Shown: one piece after another, positions 29,193 through 41,463 of the stretch
Position numbering within the stretch: the stretch's first letter is position 1
Layout: each line of letters begins with the position of its first letter
From: Pseudomonas aeruginosa PAO1
GTDB lineage: Bacteria; Pseudomonadota; Gammaproteobacteria; Pseudomonadales; Pseudomonadaceae
Strand: one strand, 5' to 3'
NCBI RefSeq assembly: GCF_000006765.1
Contig: NC_002516.2
Length of the DNA stretch: 64,000 nt
Notes under the pieces: generated by a model
What the model saw: only the letters and a program-made list of their open reading frames with translations
Databases searched by the model: none
What the model was told of the DNA's origin: nothing
Program-made: the position numbers and the translations under genes

Positions 29193-30280
29193 GCCGTCCA
29201 CAGTTCGACCCCAGCGCCTACGCCGCGCAACTGGAAGACAAGAAGTCCCGCCTCGCCGGATTGCTGGCCCCGTTCGCGGCACCCGCGCCGGAGGTCTTCG
29301 AGTCGCCGCGCGAGCATTACCGGCTGCGCGCCGAATTCCGCCTGTGGCGGGAAACCGGCAACGAGAAGCGTCACTACGCGATGTTCGAGCAGGGCGACAA
29401 GCACACGCCGATCCTGCTCGAGGATTTCCCCATCGCCAGCCGCCGCATCAACGAACTGATGCCGCGCCTGAAGGCGGCCTGGGCCGACCCGGCGCTGGGC
29501 TTCAAGCTGTTCCAGGTGGAGTTTCTCACCACCCTGGCCGGCGACGCGCTGATCACCCTCTGCTACCACCGGCCGATCGACGACGCCTGGCGACAGGCAG
29601 CGGAAAAGCTCGCGGCGGAACTGGGCGTGAACCTGGTGGGGCGTTCGCGCGGCAAGCGCATCGTCGTCGGACGCGACTATGTGGAGGAGGAACTGTCGGT
29701 CGCCGGCCGGCGCTTCCGCTACCGCCAGCCCGAGGGGGCTTTCACCCAGCCCAACGGCGAGGTCAACCAGAAGATGCTCGGCTGGGCCTACGAGGCGCTC
29801 GGCCAGCGCGACGACGACCTGCTCGAACTGTACTGCGGCAACGGCAACTTCACCCTGCCCCTGGCCACCCGGGTACGCAAGGTGCTGGCCACCGAGATCA
29901 GCAAGTCCTCGGTCAATGCGGCGCTGGCCAACCTGGCCGACAACGCGGTGGACAACGTCAGCCTGGTGCGCCTGTCGGCCGAAGAGCTGACCCAGGCGCT
30001 GAACGAGGTTCGCCCGTTCCGCCGCCTGGCCGACATCGACCTGAAGAGCTACGCCTTCGGCAGTGTCTTCGTCGATCCGCCACGAGCCGGCATGGATCCG
30101 GACACCTGCGAGCTGGCCCGACGCTTCGAGCGCATCCTGTACATTTCGTGCAACCCGGAAACCCTGGCGCAGAACATCGCCCAACTGCACGACACGCACC
30201 GGATCAGCCGCTGCGCGCTGTTCGACCAGTTCCCCTACACCCACCACATGGAAAGCGGCGTCCTGCTCGAACGCCGCTGA
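29189..30280 (+). CDS. trmA: tRNA/tmRNA (uracil-5-)-methyltransferase
   Basis: [51 protein letters not shown]. Confidence 0.96.
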   Translation: MSRPQFDPSAYAAQLEDKKSRLAGLLAPFAAPAPEVFESPREHYRLRAEFRLWRETGNEKRHYAMFEQGDKHTPILLEDFPIASRRINELMPRLKAAWADPALGFKLFQVEFLTTLAGDALITLCYHRPIDDAWRQAAEKLAAELGVNLVGRSRGKRIVVGRDYVEEELSVAGRRFRYRQPEGAFTQPNGEVNQKMLGWAYEALGQRDDDLLELYCGNGNFTLPLATRVRKVLATEISKSSVNAALANLADNAVDNVSLVRLSAEELTQALNEVRPFRRLADIDLKSYAFGSVFVDPPRAGMDPDTCELARRFERILYISCNPETLAQNIAQLHDTHRISRCALFDQFPYTHHMESGVLLERR

Positions 30281-30313
30281 GCGAGTGGCCGCGCCCCACG
30301 GCGCGGCCGTGCC

Positions 30314-31021
30314 TCAGAGTCGCACCGGGAGGCGCCGCGCCAGGTTCAATCCTTCCGTCGTCACCTCGGCGCCATAGGCCAGCACCTCGACGCCCGCTTG
30401 CGCCGCCTCGCGCAACGCCTTGCCATAGGCTGGATCGATCTCGTCGGCGGGGCGCACCGCCTCGACCCCGGAAAGGTTCACGCAGTACAGCTGCACCGCG
30501 CGGATCCCCTCCCGCGCCAGCGCCGCCAGTTCGCGCAGGTGCTTGGCACCGCGCAGCGTCACCGCGTCGGGAAAGGCCGCCACGGCGGTTTCGTCGAAGC
30601 CCAGGGTGACGCTCTTCACCTCGATGAACAGTGCGCCCGTGGGGTATTCCAGGCGAAAGTCGGCGCGACTGTTCTCTACGCCGTAGGCCACTTCCCGGCG
30701 CAGAGCGGTGAAACCGGCAAGCTCCGCGATGTCCCCGGCCAGCAGCGCCTCCTCTACCAGGCGGTTGGCCCGCGCCGTGTTGACGCAGGCCAGGCGGCCC
30801 TGCGGAGTCTCGCTCAGCTCCCAGGTCCCCGGCAGCTTGCGCTTGGGGTCGTTGGAGCGGCTGAACCAGACCCGGCAACCTTCGCTCATGCAATTGAGCA
30901 TCGAACCGGTATTCGGACAGTGGATAGTCAGGCGCTCGCCGCCGGCGCTCTCGATATCGGCGAGGAAACGCTTGTAGCGACGCAGCAGGCGGCCTTCTTC
31001 CAGTGGCTGCTCGAAACGCAT
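30314..31021 (-). CDS. sfsA: SfsA sugar-fermentation stimulation / nuclease-fold DNA-binding protein
   Basis: [37 protein letters not shown]. Confidence 0.95.
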   Translation of the reverse strand: MRFEQPLEEGRLLRRYKRFLADIESAGGERLTIHCPNTGSMLNCMSEGCRVWFSRSNDPKRKLPGTWELSETPQGRLACVNTARANRLVEEALLAGDIAELAGFTALRREVAYGVENSRADFRLEYPTGALFIEVKSVTLGFDETAVAAFPDAVTLRGAKHLRELAALAREGIRAVQLYCVNLSGVEAVRPADEIDPAYGKALREAAQAGVEVLAYGAEVTTEGLNLARRLPVRL

Positions 31022-32193
31022 CAGGGCCGCCAGTTCTTCAGGCCGCGGGCGATCCGCTCCACCGCTTCCTGCAGGCGCGGCAGGTTCTGGGTATAGGCGA
31101 AACGCACGTGGTGGCCGGCCTGGTGGCGGCCGAAATCCAGCCCCGGAGTGAAGGCCACGTGCTCGGTCTCGATGAAGTGCTTGCAGAAGGCGTAGGCATC
31201 GCCGCCGAACGCGCTGATATCGGCGTAGAGATAGAAGGCGCCTTCCGGCTCCACGGCGATTCCGAAACCCAGCTCGCGCAGGGCCGGCAGGAGGAAGTCG
31301 CGACGGCGGGCGAACTCTTCGCGACGCTCTTCGAGAATGGCAATGGTGGTCGGCTCGAAACAGGCCAGCGCGGCCTGCTGGGCCATGCTCGGCGCGCTGA
31401 TGTAGAGGTTCTGCGCCAGCTTCTCCAGTTCAGGCACCGCCGCTGTCGGCGCCACCAGCCAGCCCAGGCGCCAGCCGGTCATGCCGAAATACTTGGAAAA
31501 ACTATTCAGGACGAAAGCGTCGTCGTCGACTTCCAGCACCGACGCGGCGTCCACGCCATAGGTCAGGCCGTGATAGATCTCGTCCACCACCAGGTGCCCG
31601 CCGCGGGCCTTCAAGGCGCCCGACAGGCCGGCCAGTTCGTCGCGATCGAGCAGGGTCCCGGTCGGATTCGCCGGCGTCGCCACCAGAGCGCCTACACTGT
31701 CTGAATCCCAGTGCCGCTCGATGAGATCCGGTGTCAGTTGGTAACGGCTGTCCGGCCCCACCGGCACCAGTTGCGCGGCGCCTTCCACCAGGCGCAGGAA
31801 ATGCCTGTTGCACGGGTAGCCCGGGTCGGCGAGCAACCAGTGGCGGCCGGGGTCGACCAGCAAGCTGCTGGCCAGCAGCAGGGCGCCGGAGCCGCCCGGA
31901 GTGACCAGCACGCGCTGCGGGTCGAGGTCGACCCCGTAGCGTTCGCCGTAGAATTTCGCGATCGCCTCGCGCAGCGCCGGCAGGCCGCGGGCGGCGGTGT
32001 AGCGGGTATGCCCGGCGGCCAGGGCGGCGCGTCCGGCCTCGACGATCGGCTCGGCCGTGGTGAAGTCCGGCTCGCCGATCTCCAGGTGGATCACATCGTG
32101 GCCGGCGGCCTGCAACTCGTTGGCCCGCGCCAGCAGGGCCATGACATGGAAAGGCTCGATGGCCCGACTGCGCGCGCTATAGGAGGTAGCCAT
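31021..32193 (-). CDS. PLP-dependent class I/II aminotransferase
   Basis: [37 protein letters not shown]. The stop overlaps the sfsA start. Confidence 0.92.
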   Translation of the reverse strand: MATSYSARSRAIEPFHVMALLARANELQAAGHDVIHLEIGEPDFTTAEPIVEAGRAALAAGHTRYTAARGLPALREAIAKFYGERYGVDLDPQRVLVTPGGSGALLLASSLLVDPGRHWLLADPGYPCNRHFLRLVEGAAQLVPVGPDSRYQLTPDLIERHWDSDSVGALVATPANPTGTLLDRDELAGLSGALKARGGHLVVDEIYHGLTYGVDAASVLEVDDDAFVLNSFSKYFGMTGWRLGWLVAPTAAVPELEKLAQNLYISAPSMAQQAALACFEPTTIAILEERREEFARRRDFLLPALRELGFGIAVEPEGAFYLYADISAFGGDAYAFCKHFIETEHVAFTPGLDFGRHQAGHHVRFAYTQNLPRLQEAVERIARGLKNWRP

Positions 32194-32385
32194 GGATATT
32201 CCGAACTTTGCGAGGAAAAACCGATTCTAACCAAGCCATTACGCGGGCGACACCAGCCTCGACAACCGGGAGTAGCGCCAAGGTTATCGTTCTGGTAAGT
32301 TCGCCCGCTTGCGACCGCGGGGCCGGAGAGCCGGCGAGGGAACCCTGCCGCGGACAGGATTAGCGAAAGTGAGAGGCGGCCATTC

Positions 32386-32832
32386 ATGTCCACCAAAGCA
32401 AAACAACAGAGCAGCCAGCAGATGACCCGCGGCTTCGAACCCTATCAGGAAACCAAGGGCGAGGAGTACATGAGCGAGCGCATGCGCGCGCACTTCACCG
32501 CGATCCTGAACAAATGGAAACAGGAGCTGATGGAAGAGGTCGACCGTACCGTGCATCACATGCAGGACGAAGCGGCCAACTTCCCCGATCCGGCCGACCG
32601 CGCCAGCCAGGAAGAAGAATTCAGCCTGGAACTGCGCGCCCGCGACCGCGAGCGCAAGCTGATCAAGAAGATCGACGAGACCCTGCAACTGATCGAAGAC
32701 GAAGAGTACGGCTGGTGCGACTCCTGCGGCGTCGAGATCGGCATCCGTCGCCTGGAGGCGCGCCCCACCGCGACCCTCTGCATCGACTGCAAGACCCTCG
32801 CGGAAATCCGCGAGAAGCAACTCGGCTCCTGA
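32386..32832 (+). CDS. dksA: RNA polymerase-binding factor DksA
   Basis: FPDPADRA coiled-coil tip and four-Cys zinc finger CDSC...CIDC. Confidence 0.98.
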   Translation: MSTKAKQQSSQQMTRGFEPYQETKGEEYMSERMRAHFTAILNKWKQELMEEVDRTVHHMQDEAANFPDPADRASQEEEFSLELRARDRERKLIKKIDETLQLIEDEEYGWCDSCGVEIGIRRLEARPTATLCIDCKTLAEIREKQLGS

Positions 32833-32841
32833 GCCGGACCG

Positions 32842-32871
32842 ACGGGGCGCCAAGGCGCCCCGTTTCGTTTC
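32842..32871 (+). terminator. Terminator/attenuator hairpin between dksA and gluQ
   Basis: ACGGGGCGC-caag-GCGCCCCGT followed by TTCGTTT. Confidence 0.7.
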
Positions 32872-32899
32872 CGCCGTTCCCCGCCGCACCGCCCGCGCC

Positions 32900-33781
32900 A
32901 TGACCTCTTCCTATGTAGGCCGCTTCGCCCCGACGCCCAGCGGCTACCTGCACTTCGGTTCCCTGGTGGCGGCCGTCGCCTCCTACCTGGACGCGCGTGC
33001 CGTCGGCGGCCGCTGGCTGGTGCGCATGGAGGACCTCGACCCGCCCCGCGAAGTCCCGGGCGCCCAGCAGGCGATCCTGGAAACCCTGGAGCGCTACGGC
33101 TTCGAATGGGACGGCGCGGTGGAGCGGCAGAGCGAACGCTTCCCGGCCTACGCCGCAGTGGTCGAGCAACTGCTGCGCAGCGGCCTGGCCTACGCCTGCA
33201 CTTGCTCGCGCAAGCAGCTTGAGGGATTCGCCGGGATCTACCCGGGCTTCTGCCGCGACGCCGGGCACGCCCGCGAGGATGCGGCGATCCGCCTGCGCGT
33301 GCCGGAGCTGGAATATCGCTTCGTCGACCGCGTGCAGGGCGAAGTCCGCCAGCATCTCGGCCGCGAGGTCGGCGATTTCGTCATCCAGCGCCGCGACGGT
33401 CTCTACGCCTACCAACTGGCGGTGGTGCTGGACGACGCCTGGCAGGGCATCACCGACATCGTCCGCGGCGCCGACCTGCTCGACTCGACCCCGCGCCAGC
33501 TTTACCTCCAGGAACTGCTGGGGTTGAGCCAGCCGCGCTACCTGCACGTGCCGCTGATCGTCCAGCCGGACGGGCACAAGCTCGGCAAGTCCTACCGCTC
33601 CCCACCACTGCCCGCCGAGCAGGCCGCCGCGCCGCTGACCCGCGCCCTGCGCGCGCTCGGCCAGCGGCCGCCGGCCGAACTGGCCCAGGCCAGCGCCAGC
33701 GAGGCGCTGGCCTGGGGCGTGGCGCACTGGGACGCCACGCGCATCCCGCGCTGCGCTACCCTTCCCGAGGAACGCCTGTAG
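32900..33781 (+). CDS. gluQ: Glutamyl-Q tRNA(Asp) synthetase
   Basis: GRFAPTPSGYLHFGS, RMEDLD, YACTCSRK, RGADL, KLGKS. No anticodon-binding domain. Confidence 0.94.
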   Translation: MTSSYVGRFAPTPSGYLHFGSLVAAVASYLDARAVGGRWLVRMEDLDPPREVPGAQQAILETLERYGFEWDGAVERQSERFPAYAAVVEQLLRSGLAYACTCSRKQLEGFAGIYPGFCRDAGHAREDAAIRLRVPELEYRFVDRVQGEVRQHLGREVGDFVIQRRDGLYAYQLAVVLDDAWQGITDIVRGADLLDSTPRQLYLQELLGLSQPRYLHVPLIVQPDGHKLGKSYRSPPLPAEQAAAPLTRALRALGQRPPAELAQASASEALAWGVAHWDATRIPRCATLPEERL

Positions 33782-33850
33782 CCCGCCCGGCGGCTTGCCG
33801 GCACCCACCCGCAGCCTGTAGCCTGCCGGCCCAAGCATGAGGGAAGCGGC

Positions 33851-34027
33851 ATGTACATCTACCGACTGGTCCTGCTCCTGGTCGTGGGCATCTATCTCTT
33901 TTCCCCCGCCATCATGGACTGGTGGATCGACCCCAACGGCGCCTGGTACCGCCCGTACCTGCTGTGGCTGATCCTCATCGTGGTCACTTTCATCCTGCAG
34001 AGCCAGCGCGATGCTGACGAGCTTTAG
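33851..34027 (+). CDS. cbrX: CbrX, 58-aa two-TM peptide overlapping the cbrA start
   Basis: Manual translation [58 protein letters not shown]. Typical codon usage, 17-nt overlap with cbrA. Below the ORF-track cutoff. Confidence 0.85.
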   Translation: MYIYRLVLLLVVGIYLFSPAIMDWWIDPNGAWYRPYLLWLILIVVTFILQSQRDADEL

Positions 34028-36962
34028 CCTGACCCAGCTGATCCTGATCAGCGTCACCTACCTCTCCACCCTCTTCGGCATCGCCTGGATCACCGAGCGC
34101 GGCTACGTGCCGCGCCGGCTGGTACGCCACCCGCTGGTCTACACCCTGTCGCTGGGCGTCTACGCCAGTGCCTGGGCGTTCTACGGCACGGTAGGCCTGG
34201 CCTACCAGTACGGCTACGGGTTCCTCGCCATCTACCTGGGGATTTCCGGGGCCTTCCTGCTCGCCCCGGTGCTGCTCTATCCGATCCTGCGGGTGACACG
34301 CGCCTACCAGCTGTCCTCGCTGGCCGACCTCTTCGCCTTCCGTTTCCGCAGTACCTGGGCCGGCGCCCTGACCACGCTGTTCATGCTGATCGGCGTGCTG
34401 CCGATGCTGGCCCTGCAGATCCAGGCGGTCACCGACTCGATCAGCATTCTCACCCGCGACCCGGCCCAGGAGCGGGTCGCATTCGTCTTCTGCACCCTGA
34501 TCACCCTGTTCGCGATCCTCTTCGGCGCTCGCCACATCGCCACCCGCGAACGCCACGAGGGACTGGTGTTCGCCATCGCCTTCGAGTCGCTGGTCAAGCT
34601 GGTGATGCTCGGCAGTATCGGCCTCTACGCCCTGTACGGCGTCTTCGGCGGGCCGGAAGGCCTGGAAGTCTGGCTGCTGCAGAACCAGACCGCGCTGACC
34701 ACCCTGCACACGCCGCTGGCCGAAGGTCCATGGCGAACGCTGCTGCTGGTGTTCTTCGCCGCGGCCATCGTGATGCCGCACATGTTCCACATGATCTTCA
34801 CCGAGAACCTCAACCCGCGCGCGCTGATTTCCGCCAGTTGGGGCCTGCCGCTGTTCCTGCTGCTGATGAGCCTGGCGGTACCGCCGATCCTCTGGGCCGG
34901 GCTGCGCCTCGGCGCCTCGACCACACCGGAGTACTACACCATCGGCCTCGGCCTGGCGGTGGACAGCCCGGCCCTGGCCCTGGCCGCCTTCATCGGCGGC
35001 ATCTCCGCCGCCAGCGGGCTGACCATCGTGATGACCCTGGCGCTCTCGGGAATGGTCCTCAACCACCTGGTGCTGCCGCTCTACCAGCCGCCGGCGCAGG
35101 GCAACATCTACCGCTGGCTGAAATGGACCCGGCGCCTGCTGATCGTCGCCATCATCATGGCCAGCTACGCCTTCTACCTGCTGCTGGGCGCCGAACAGGA
35201 CCTCTCCAACCTGGGCATAGTGTCCTTCGTCGCCACCCTGCAATTCCTTCCCGGCGCCCTCTCGGTGCTGTACTGGCCGACCGCCAACCGCCGTGGCTTC
35301 ATCTCCGGGCTGATCGCCGGCATGCTGGTCTGGGCGATCACCATGCTGCTGCCCCTGATGGGGAACGTACAGGGCCTGTACCTGCCGCTGTTCGACGTGA
35401 TCTACGTGCTGGACGATTCGAACTGGCACCTGGCGGCGCTGTCCTCGCTGGCGGCCAACGTGCTGGTATTCACCCTGGTGTCGCTGTTCACCGAGGCCAG
35501 CGACGAGGAAAAAGGCGCCGCCGAGGCCTGCGCGGTGGACAACGTACGCCGTCCGCAACGCCGCGAACTGTTCGCCGGTTCGCCGCAGGAGTTCGCCAGC
35601 CAGTTGGCCAAGCCGCTGGGCGCCAAGACCGCGCAGAAGGAGGTCGAGCAGGCCCTGCGCGATCTCCACCTGCCCTTCGACGAACGTCGCCCCTATGCCC
35701 TGCGTCGCTTGCGCGACCGCATCGAGGCGAACCTTTCCGGGCTGATGGGACCCAGTGTCGCCCAGGACATCGTGGAGACCTTCCTTCCCTACAAGACCAG
35801 CGAAGAAAGCTACGTCACCGAGGACATCCACTTCATCGAGAGCCGCCTGGAGGACTATCACTCCCGGCTGACTGGCCTGGCTGCCGAACTCGACACCTTG
35901 CGCCGCTACCACCGGCAGACCCTGCAAGACCTGCCGATGGGCGTCTGCTCCCTGGCCAAGGACCAGGAAGTGCTGATGTGGAACCGCGCCATCGAGGAAC
36001 TCACCGGGGTCGGCGCGCAGAAGGTCGTCGGTTCGCGCCTGTCGGCCTTGCCCGAACCCTGGAAGGGCCTGCTGGAACGTTTCATCGACGCCCCCGACGA
36101 GCACCTGCACAAGCAGCGCCTGGTCTACGACGGCCACACCCGCTGGCTGAACCTGCACAAGGCGGCCATCGAGGAACCCCTGGCGCCGGGCAACAGCGGC
36201 CTGGTGCTACTGGTGGAAGACCTCACCGAAACCCAACTGTTGGAAGACAAGCTGGTCCACTCCGAGCGCCTGGCTTCCATCGGCCGCCTAGCCGCCGGGG
36301 TGGCCCACGAGATCGGCAATCCGATCACCGGCATCGCCTGCCTGGCGCAGAACCTGCGCGAGGAACGCGAAGGCGACGGCGAGCTGACCGAAATCAGCGA
36401 GCAGATCCTCGACCAGACCAAGCGCGTATCGCGCATCGTCCAGTCGTTGATGAGCTTCGCCCACTCCGGCAGCCACCTGCAGGCCCTGGAACCGGTGTGC
36501 CTGAGCGAAGTCGCCCAGGAGGCCATCGGACTGCTGTCGCTGAACCGGCGTAGCGTCGAAGTAGAGTTCTTCAACCTCTGCGATCCGGCGCACTGGGTCG
36601 AGGGCGACTCGCAGCGCCTGGCCCAGGTGCTGATCAACCTGCTCTCCAATGCTCGCGACGCCAGCCCGCCGGGCGGCGCGATCCGGGTCCGCAGCGAAGC
36701 CTCGGAACATACCGTGGACCTGGTCGTCGAGGACGAGGGCAGCGGCATTCCGAAGGCGATCATGGACCAGTTGTTCGAACCGTTCTTCACCACCAAGGAC
36801 CCCGGCAAGGGGACCGGGCTCGGCCTCGCACTGGTCTATTCGATCGTGGAAGAGCATTATGGACAGATAACCATCGAGAGCCCGACGGATCACCAGCGAG
36901 AAGGCGGCACCCGCTTCCGCGTGACCCTGCCGCGGCACCCTGGCCCGACGGCCGAGCTGTAG
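34011..36962 (+). CDS. cbrA: CbrA sensor kinase (SLC5 symporter-like domain, PAS, HisKA, HATPase)
   Basis: About 13 TM N-terminus, [10 protein letters not shown]-box, [10 protein letters not shown]-box, DEGSG, FFTTK, GTGLGL. Confidence 0.95.
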   Translation: MLTSFSLTQLILISVTYLSTLFGIAWITERGYVPRRLVRHPLVYTLSLGVYASAWAFYGTVGLAYQYGYGFLAIYLGISGAFLLAPVLLYPILRVTRAYQLSSLADLFAFRFRSTWAGALTTLFMLIGVLPMLALQIQAVTDSISILTRDPAQERVAFVFCTLITLFAILFGARHIATRERHEGLVFAIAFESLVKLVMLGSIGLYALYGVFGGPEGLEVWLLQNQTALTTLHTPLAEGPWRTLLLVFFAAAIVMPHMFHMIFTENLNPRALISASWGLPLFLLLMSLAVPPILWAGLRLGASTTPEYYTIGLGLAVDSPALALAAFIGGISAASGLTIVMTLALSGMVLNHLVLPLYQPPAQGNIYRWLKWTRRLLIVAIIMASYAFYLLLGAEQDLSNLGIVSFVATLQFLPGALSVLYWPTANRRGFISGLIAGMLVWAITMLLPLMGNVQGLYLPLFDVIYVLDDSNWHLAALSSLAANVLVFTLVSLFTEASDEEKGAAEACAVDNVRRPQRRELFAGSPQEFASQLAKPLGAKTAQKEVEQALRDLHLPFDERRPYALRRLRDRIEANLSGLMGPSVAQDIVETFLPYKTSEESYVTEDIHFIESRLEDYHSRLTGLAAELDTLRRYHRQTLQDLPMGVCSLAKDQEVLMWNRAIEELTGVGAQKVVGSRLSALPEPWKGLLERFIDAPDEHLHKQRLVYDGHTRWLNLHKAAIEEPLAPGNSGLVLLVEDLTETQLLEDKLVHSERLASIGRLAAGVAHEIGNPITGIACLAQNLREEREGDGELTEISEQILDQTKRVSRIVQSLMSFAHSGSHLQALEPVCLSEVAQEAIGLLSLNRRSVEVEFFNLCDPAHWVEGDSQRLAQVLINLLSNARDASPPGGAIRVRSEASEHTVDLVVEDEGSGIPKAIMDQLFEPFFTTKDPGKGTGLGLALVYSIVEEHYGQITIESPTDHQREGGTRFRVTLPRHPGPTAEL

Positions 36963-36988
36963 ACGAGCACGTCGAGAGAGCTGAATAC

Positions 36989-38421
<1,433 letters not shown>

Positions 38422-38425
<4 letters not shown>

Positions 38426-38463
38426 CACCCTGCAACCTGTTACCGCGGACGTACCGCGTAACA
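38422..38463. promoter_or_regulatory. CbrB upstream activating sequence of crcZ
   Basis: GTAACA 38422-38427, then TGTTAC (38438-38443)-N14-GTAACA (38458-38463). Confidence 0.85.
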
Positions 38464-38464
38464 G

Positions 38465-38501
38465 AAACCGGGTTCATCGGTAACGGGAACCCGGTTTTTT
38501 T
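38465..38501 (+). terminator. cbrB terminator
   Basis: AAACCGGGTTC/GAACCCGGTTT 11-bp stem plus a T-run. Confidence 0.8.
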
Positions 38502-38529
38502 GTGCCCTCCGCCGACCCACCGAAAACCT

Positions 38530-38542
38530 CAACCCATTGATT
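38530..38542 (-). promoter_or_regulatory. IHF site between the CbrB UAS and the sigma54 promoter
   Basis: Minus strand AATCAA-TGGG-TTG is a perfect match to WATCAA-N4-TTR. Confidence 0.75.
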
Positions 38543-38561
38543 TTACTGGGTTTCGAAAAAC

Positions 38562-38577
38562 TGGCACGGCATCTGCT
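38562..38577 (+). promoter_or_regulatory. sigma54 (-24/-12) promoter of crcZ
   Basis: TGGCAC-GGCAT-CTGCT. Confidence 0.9.
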
Positions 38578-38586
38578 TATGTATTG

Positions 38587-38993
38587 GCACAACAACAATA
38601 ACAAGCAACGACGAAGACAATAAAAACAACACGTAACGACTCCAGCACAACAAAAACAAAATCGCGGAGGCGCAGCTAACTGATTCTTTTGGAGAGGAGT
38701 TGCTGTCGGGACCCGTCCCGCAGCCAGTCGGAAGAAGAATAAAACTGCCTTGAGGCAGCGCACAGACTGGTTGGATCGCTCGACGATCATGGCAGCATCA
38801 GCGACCAAAGCAATCCGTTTGCTATTGAACTCCCAGCCTGGGAGATATCCCTGAAGCGACTGGCTCAAGGGACGGGTCGACAAACAAAAACAACAAGCCC
38901 GAAATCATAATAAAAACAAAGCACGCACCTACTTGGGGGGGAGCTTCGGCTCCCCCAGTAGCTTCACCCCCTCCCTCCGTTTTCCCCGTTTTT
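38587..38993 (+). ncRNA. crcZ: CrcZ Hfq/Crc-sequestering sRNA
   Basis: AAnAAnAA blocks at about 38591, 38619, 38649, 38732, 38883 and 38909. GGGGGAGC-TTCG-GCTCCCCC hairpin near the 3' end. Lies between cbrB and pcnB. The ends are from prior knowledge (407 nt). Confidence 0.93.
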
Positions 38994-39022
38994 CCTTCGC
39001 CTTACACCATTTCCCCATCCAA

Positions 39023-39031
39023 TGCTAGAAT
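39023..39031 (+). promoter_or_regulatory. Extended -10 promoter candidate for pcnB
   Basis: TG-C-TAGAAT followed by CCGCGC. Confidence 0.5.
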
Positions 39032-39242
39032 CCGCGCAGACTATGCGGCCATCCGCATGCCTTGCCAGATTCACCGCAGCCTTCCCGGCCCTCTCCCGCT
39101 TCGCGGGAACAGGATGTACGGCCCCTGTTCGTTTCTGTCAGGATGCATGGCGCAGTCGGTTCCGGCGCCCGGGACGCCCTGTGCGTCGCGGGGCCAAACA
39201 TTCAACGGGTACAGAACACGCCTCGCCCGAGAGGTCCTGATA

Positions 39243-39332
39243 ATGCCGCAGCATTACCCGACGTCCGTCCTGTTTGAGCAACGCAGGCGTGCAATCACCC
39301 ACATCGTGCTCCCGATAACACATCCATGCTGA
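39243..39332 (+). CDS. Putative 29-aa upstream ORF overlapping the pcnB start
   Basis: SD GAGAGG at 39229-39234, ATG 39243, MPQHYPTSVLFEQRRRAITHIVLPITHPC*. The stop overlaps pcnB codon 2. Confidence 0.35.
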   Translation: MPQHYPTSVLFEQRRRAITHIVLPITHPC

Positions 39333-40729
39333 AAAAGCTGATCCAGACCATTCGTTCCCCCCTGCGCCGTCCGCGCGCCGTCCGTACAACCCCGGAAGTC
39401 ATCGGTAACAACCAGCACTCCCTGCGCCGGGACCAGTTCAGCCGGAACGCCGTCAAGGTCGTCGAGATCCTCCAGCGGGCCGGCTACCAGGCCTACGTGG
39501 TCGGGGGCTGCGTACGCGACCAGATGCTCGGCATCGCTCCCAAGGACTTCGATGTCGCCACCAGCGCCACGCCGGAGCAGGTCCGCGCCGAATTCCGCAA
39601 CGCGCGGATCATCGGCCGCCGCTTCAAACTGGTACACGTGCACTTCGGCCGCGAGATCATCGAGGTCGCCACCTTCCGCGCCCATCATCCGGAAGGCCAG
39701 GACGATGGCGATAGCCGCGCGTCCAGCAACGAAAGCGGCCGCATCCTGCGCGACAACGTCTATGGCAGCCTGGAAGACGACGCCCAGCGCCGCGACTTCA
39801 CCATCAATGCCCTGTACTTCGACGTCACCAGCGAGCGGCTGCTGGACTACGCCAATGGCGTTCACGACATCCGCAATCGCCTGATCCGCCTGATCGGCGA
39901 TCCGGAGCAGCGTTATCTGGAAGACCCGGTGCGGATGCTGCGGGCGGTACGTTTCGCCGCCAAGCTCGACTTCGAGATCGAGAAGCACAGCGCCGCGCCG
40001 ATTCGCCGGCTGGCCCCGTTGCTGCGGGAAATCCCTTCGGCGCGCCTGTTCGACGAGGTGCTCAAGCTGTTCCTCGCCGGCCGGGCCGAGCGCACTTTCG
40101 AGCTGCTGGTCGAGTACGAACTGTTCGCGCCGCTGTTCCCGGCCAGCGCCAAGGCACTGCAGGCCAACCCCGACTACACCGGCAAGCTGATCCGCCAGGC
40201 CCTGGCCAATACCGATGCGCGAATTCGCCAGGGCAAGCCGGTAACCCCGGCCTTCCTCTTCGCCGCACTGCTCTGGCCGGCCCTGCCGGCACGCGTCGCG
40301 CAGTTGCAGGAGAAAGGCATGCCGGCCATCCCGGCGATGCAGGAAGCCGCCCACGAACTGATCAGCGAACAGTGCCAGCGGATCGCCATTCCCAAGCGTT
40401 TCACCCTGCCGATCCGCGAGATCTGGGATATGCAGGAACGTCTGCCGCGACGCCAGGGCAAGCGCGCCGACCTGCTCCTGGAAAACCCGCGCTTCCGCGC
40501 CGGCTACGACTTCCTCCTGCTGCGCGAAAGTGCCGGCGAGGAAACCGAAGGACTCGGCCAATGGTGGACCGATTACCAGGAAGTCAGCGACAGCGAGCGG
40601 CGCAACATGATCCGCGACCTGGTCAGCCAGGAAGACGGCAGCGCCCCGCGCAAGCGTCGCCGCGGCGGCAACAGCGGCCGTCGGCGCCGCGGGCCGCGCA
40701 AGGAAGGCAGCGGCGGAAGCGGCGAATGA
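39326..40729 (+). CDS. pcnB: Poly(A) polymerase I
   Basis: VVGGCVRD, PKDFDVAT, IIGRRFKLVHV, RRDFTINAL, EDPVRMLRA, RFRAGYDFL, Arg-rich C-tail. Confidence 0.96.
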   Translation: MLKKLIQTIRSPLRRPRAVRTTPEVIGNNQHSLRRDQFSRNAVKVVEILQRAGYQAYVVGGCVRDQMLGIAPKDFDVATSATPEQVRAEFRNARIIGRRFKLVHVHFGREIIEVATFRAHHPEGQDDGDSRASSNESGRILRDNVYGSLEDDAQRRDFTINALYFDVTSERLLDYANGVHDIRNRLIRLIGDPEQRYLEDPVRMLRAVRFAAKLDFEIEKHSAAPIRRLAPLLREIPSARLFDEVLKLFLAGRAERTFELLVEYELFAPLFPASAKALQANPDYTGKLIRQALANTDARIRQGKPVTPAFLFAALLWPALPARVAQLQEKGMPAIPAMQEAAHELISEQCQRIAIPKRFTLPIREIWDMQERLPRRQGKRADLLLENPRFRAGYDFLLLRESAGEETEGLGQWWTDYQEVSDSERRNMIRDLVSQEDGSAPRKRRRGGNSGRRRRGPRKEGSGGSGE

Positions 40730-41214
40730 TCCAGCGCGTCTACGTGGCGCTGGGCAGCAACCTGGCCGAACCGCGCGAGCAGATCCAGGCTGCCCTCGAT
40801 GCCTTCGAGCGGCTTCCCGAGACCCGCCTGGTCGCCGTCTCGCCGCTCTACATCAGCGACCCGCTCGGCCCCGCCGACCAGCCGCGCTTCGTCAACGGCG
40901 TGGCGGCCCTCGACACCAACCTGGCGCCGCTCGACCTGCTCGACGCCCTGCAGGCCATCGAACTGGAACAGGGGCGCGTCCGCGACCTGCGCTGGGGTCC
41001 GCGCACGCTCGACCTGGACATCCTGCTGTTCGGCGAACAATTGCTCGACCTGCCGCGCCTGAAGGTGCCGCACTACCACATGCAGGCGCGCGCTTTCGTG
41101 CTCTATCCCCTCGCCGATCTCGCCCCCGACCTGCGCCTGCCCGATGGCCGCCACCTGCCGGAGCTGCTCGCGGCCTGTCCGTTCGAGGGCATCGAACGCC
41201 TTCCGGGCGCCTGA
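40726..41214 (+). CDS. folK: 2-amino-4-hydroxy-6-hydroxymethyldihydropteridine diphosphokinase
   Basis: MIQRVYVALGSNL, QPRFVNGV, RWGPRTLDLDILL, LKVPH, RAFVLYPL. ATG 40726 overlaps the pcnB stop (ATGA). Confidence 0.96.
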   Translation: MIQRVYVALGSNLAEPREQIQAALDAFERLPETRLVAVSPLYISDPLGPADQPRFVNGVAALDTNLAPLDLLDALQAIELEQGRVRDLRWGPRTLDLDILLFGEQLLDLPRLKVPHYHMQARAFVLYPLADLAPDLRLPDGRHLPELLAACPFEGIERLPGA

Positions 41215-41348
41215 CCCTGCCTGCCCGCCGCTGCGCGGATACCTCGCGGCGGGCTCTTCACACTGTTACCGAAAAGCTGACGAAGGACGTCGCGGATGGG
41301 CGTACACTGCGCGCGCAACCGCAGGCGGCGCGGCGTTCGGCAGTGGCA

Positions 41349-41412
41349 GTAACGCCGTAACAATGCGGTAACACCTGCAATTGACTTCGAGCCACCCCAT
41401 CCGGACTATAAG
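41349..41412 (+). promoter_or_regulatory. panB promoter region with three GTAAC repeats upstream of a TTGACT -35
   Basis: GTAACG 41349, GTAACA 41357, GTAACA 41368, TTGACT 41381-41386, GACTAT/TATAAG at 41404-41412. Confidence 0.45.
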
Positions 41413-41463
41413 TGGCCGTTTGCCCCGCGCCGGCTCATCACCGGCCCAACGAGGAGCCTTTCC

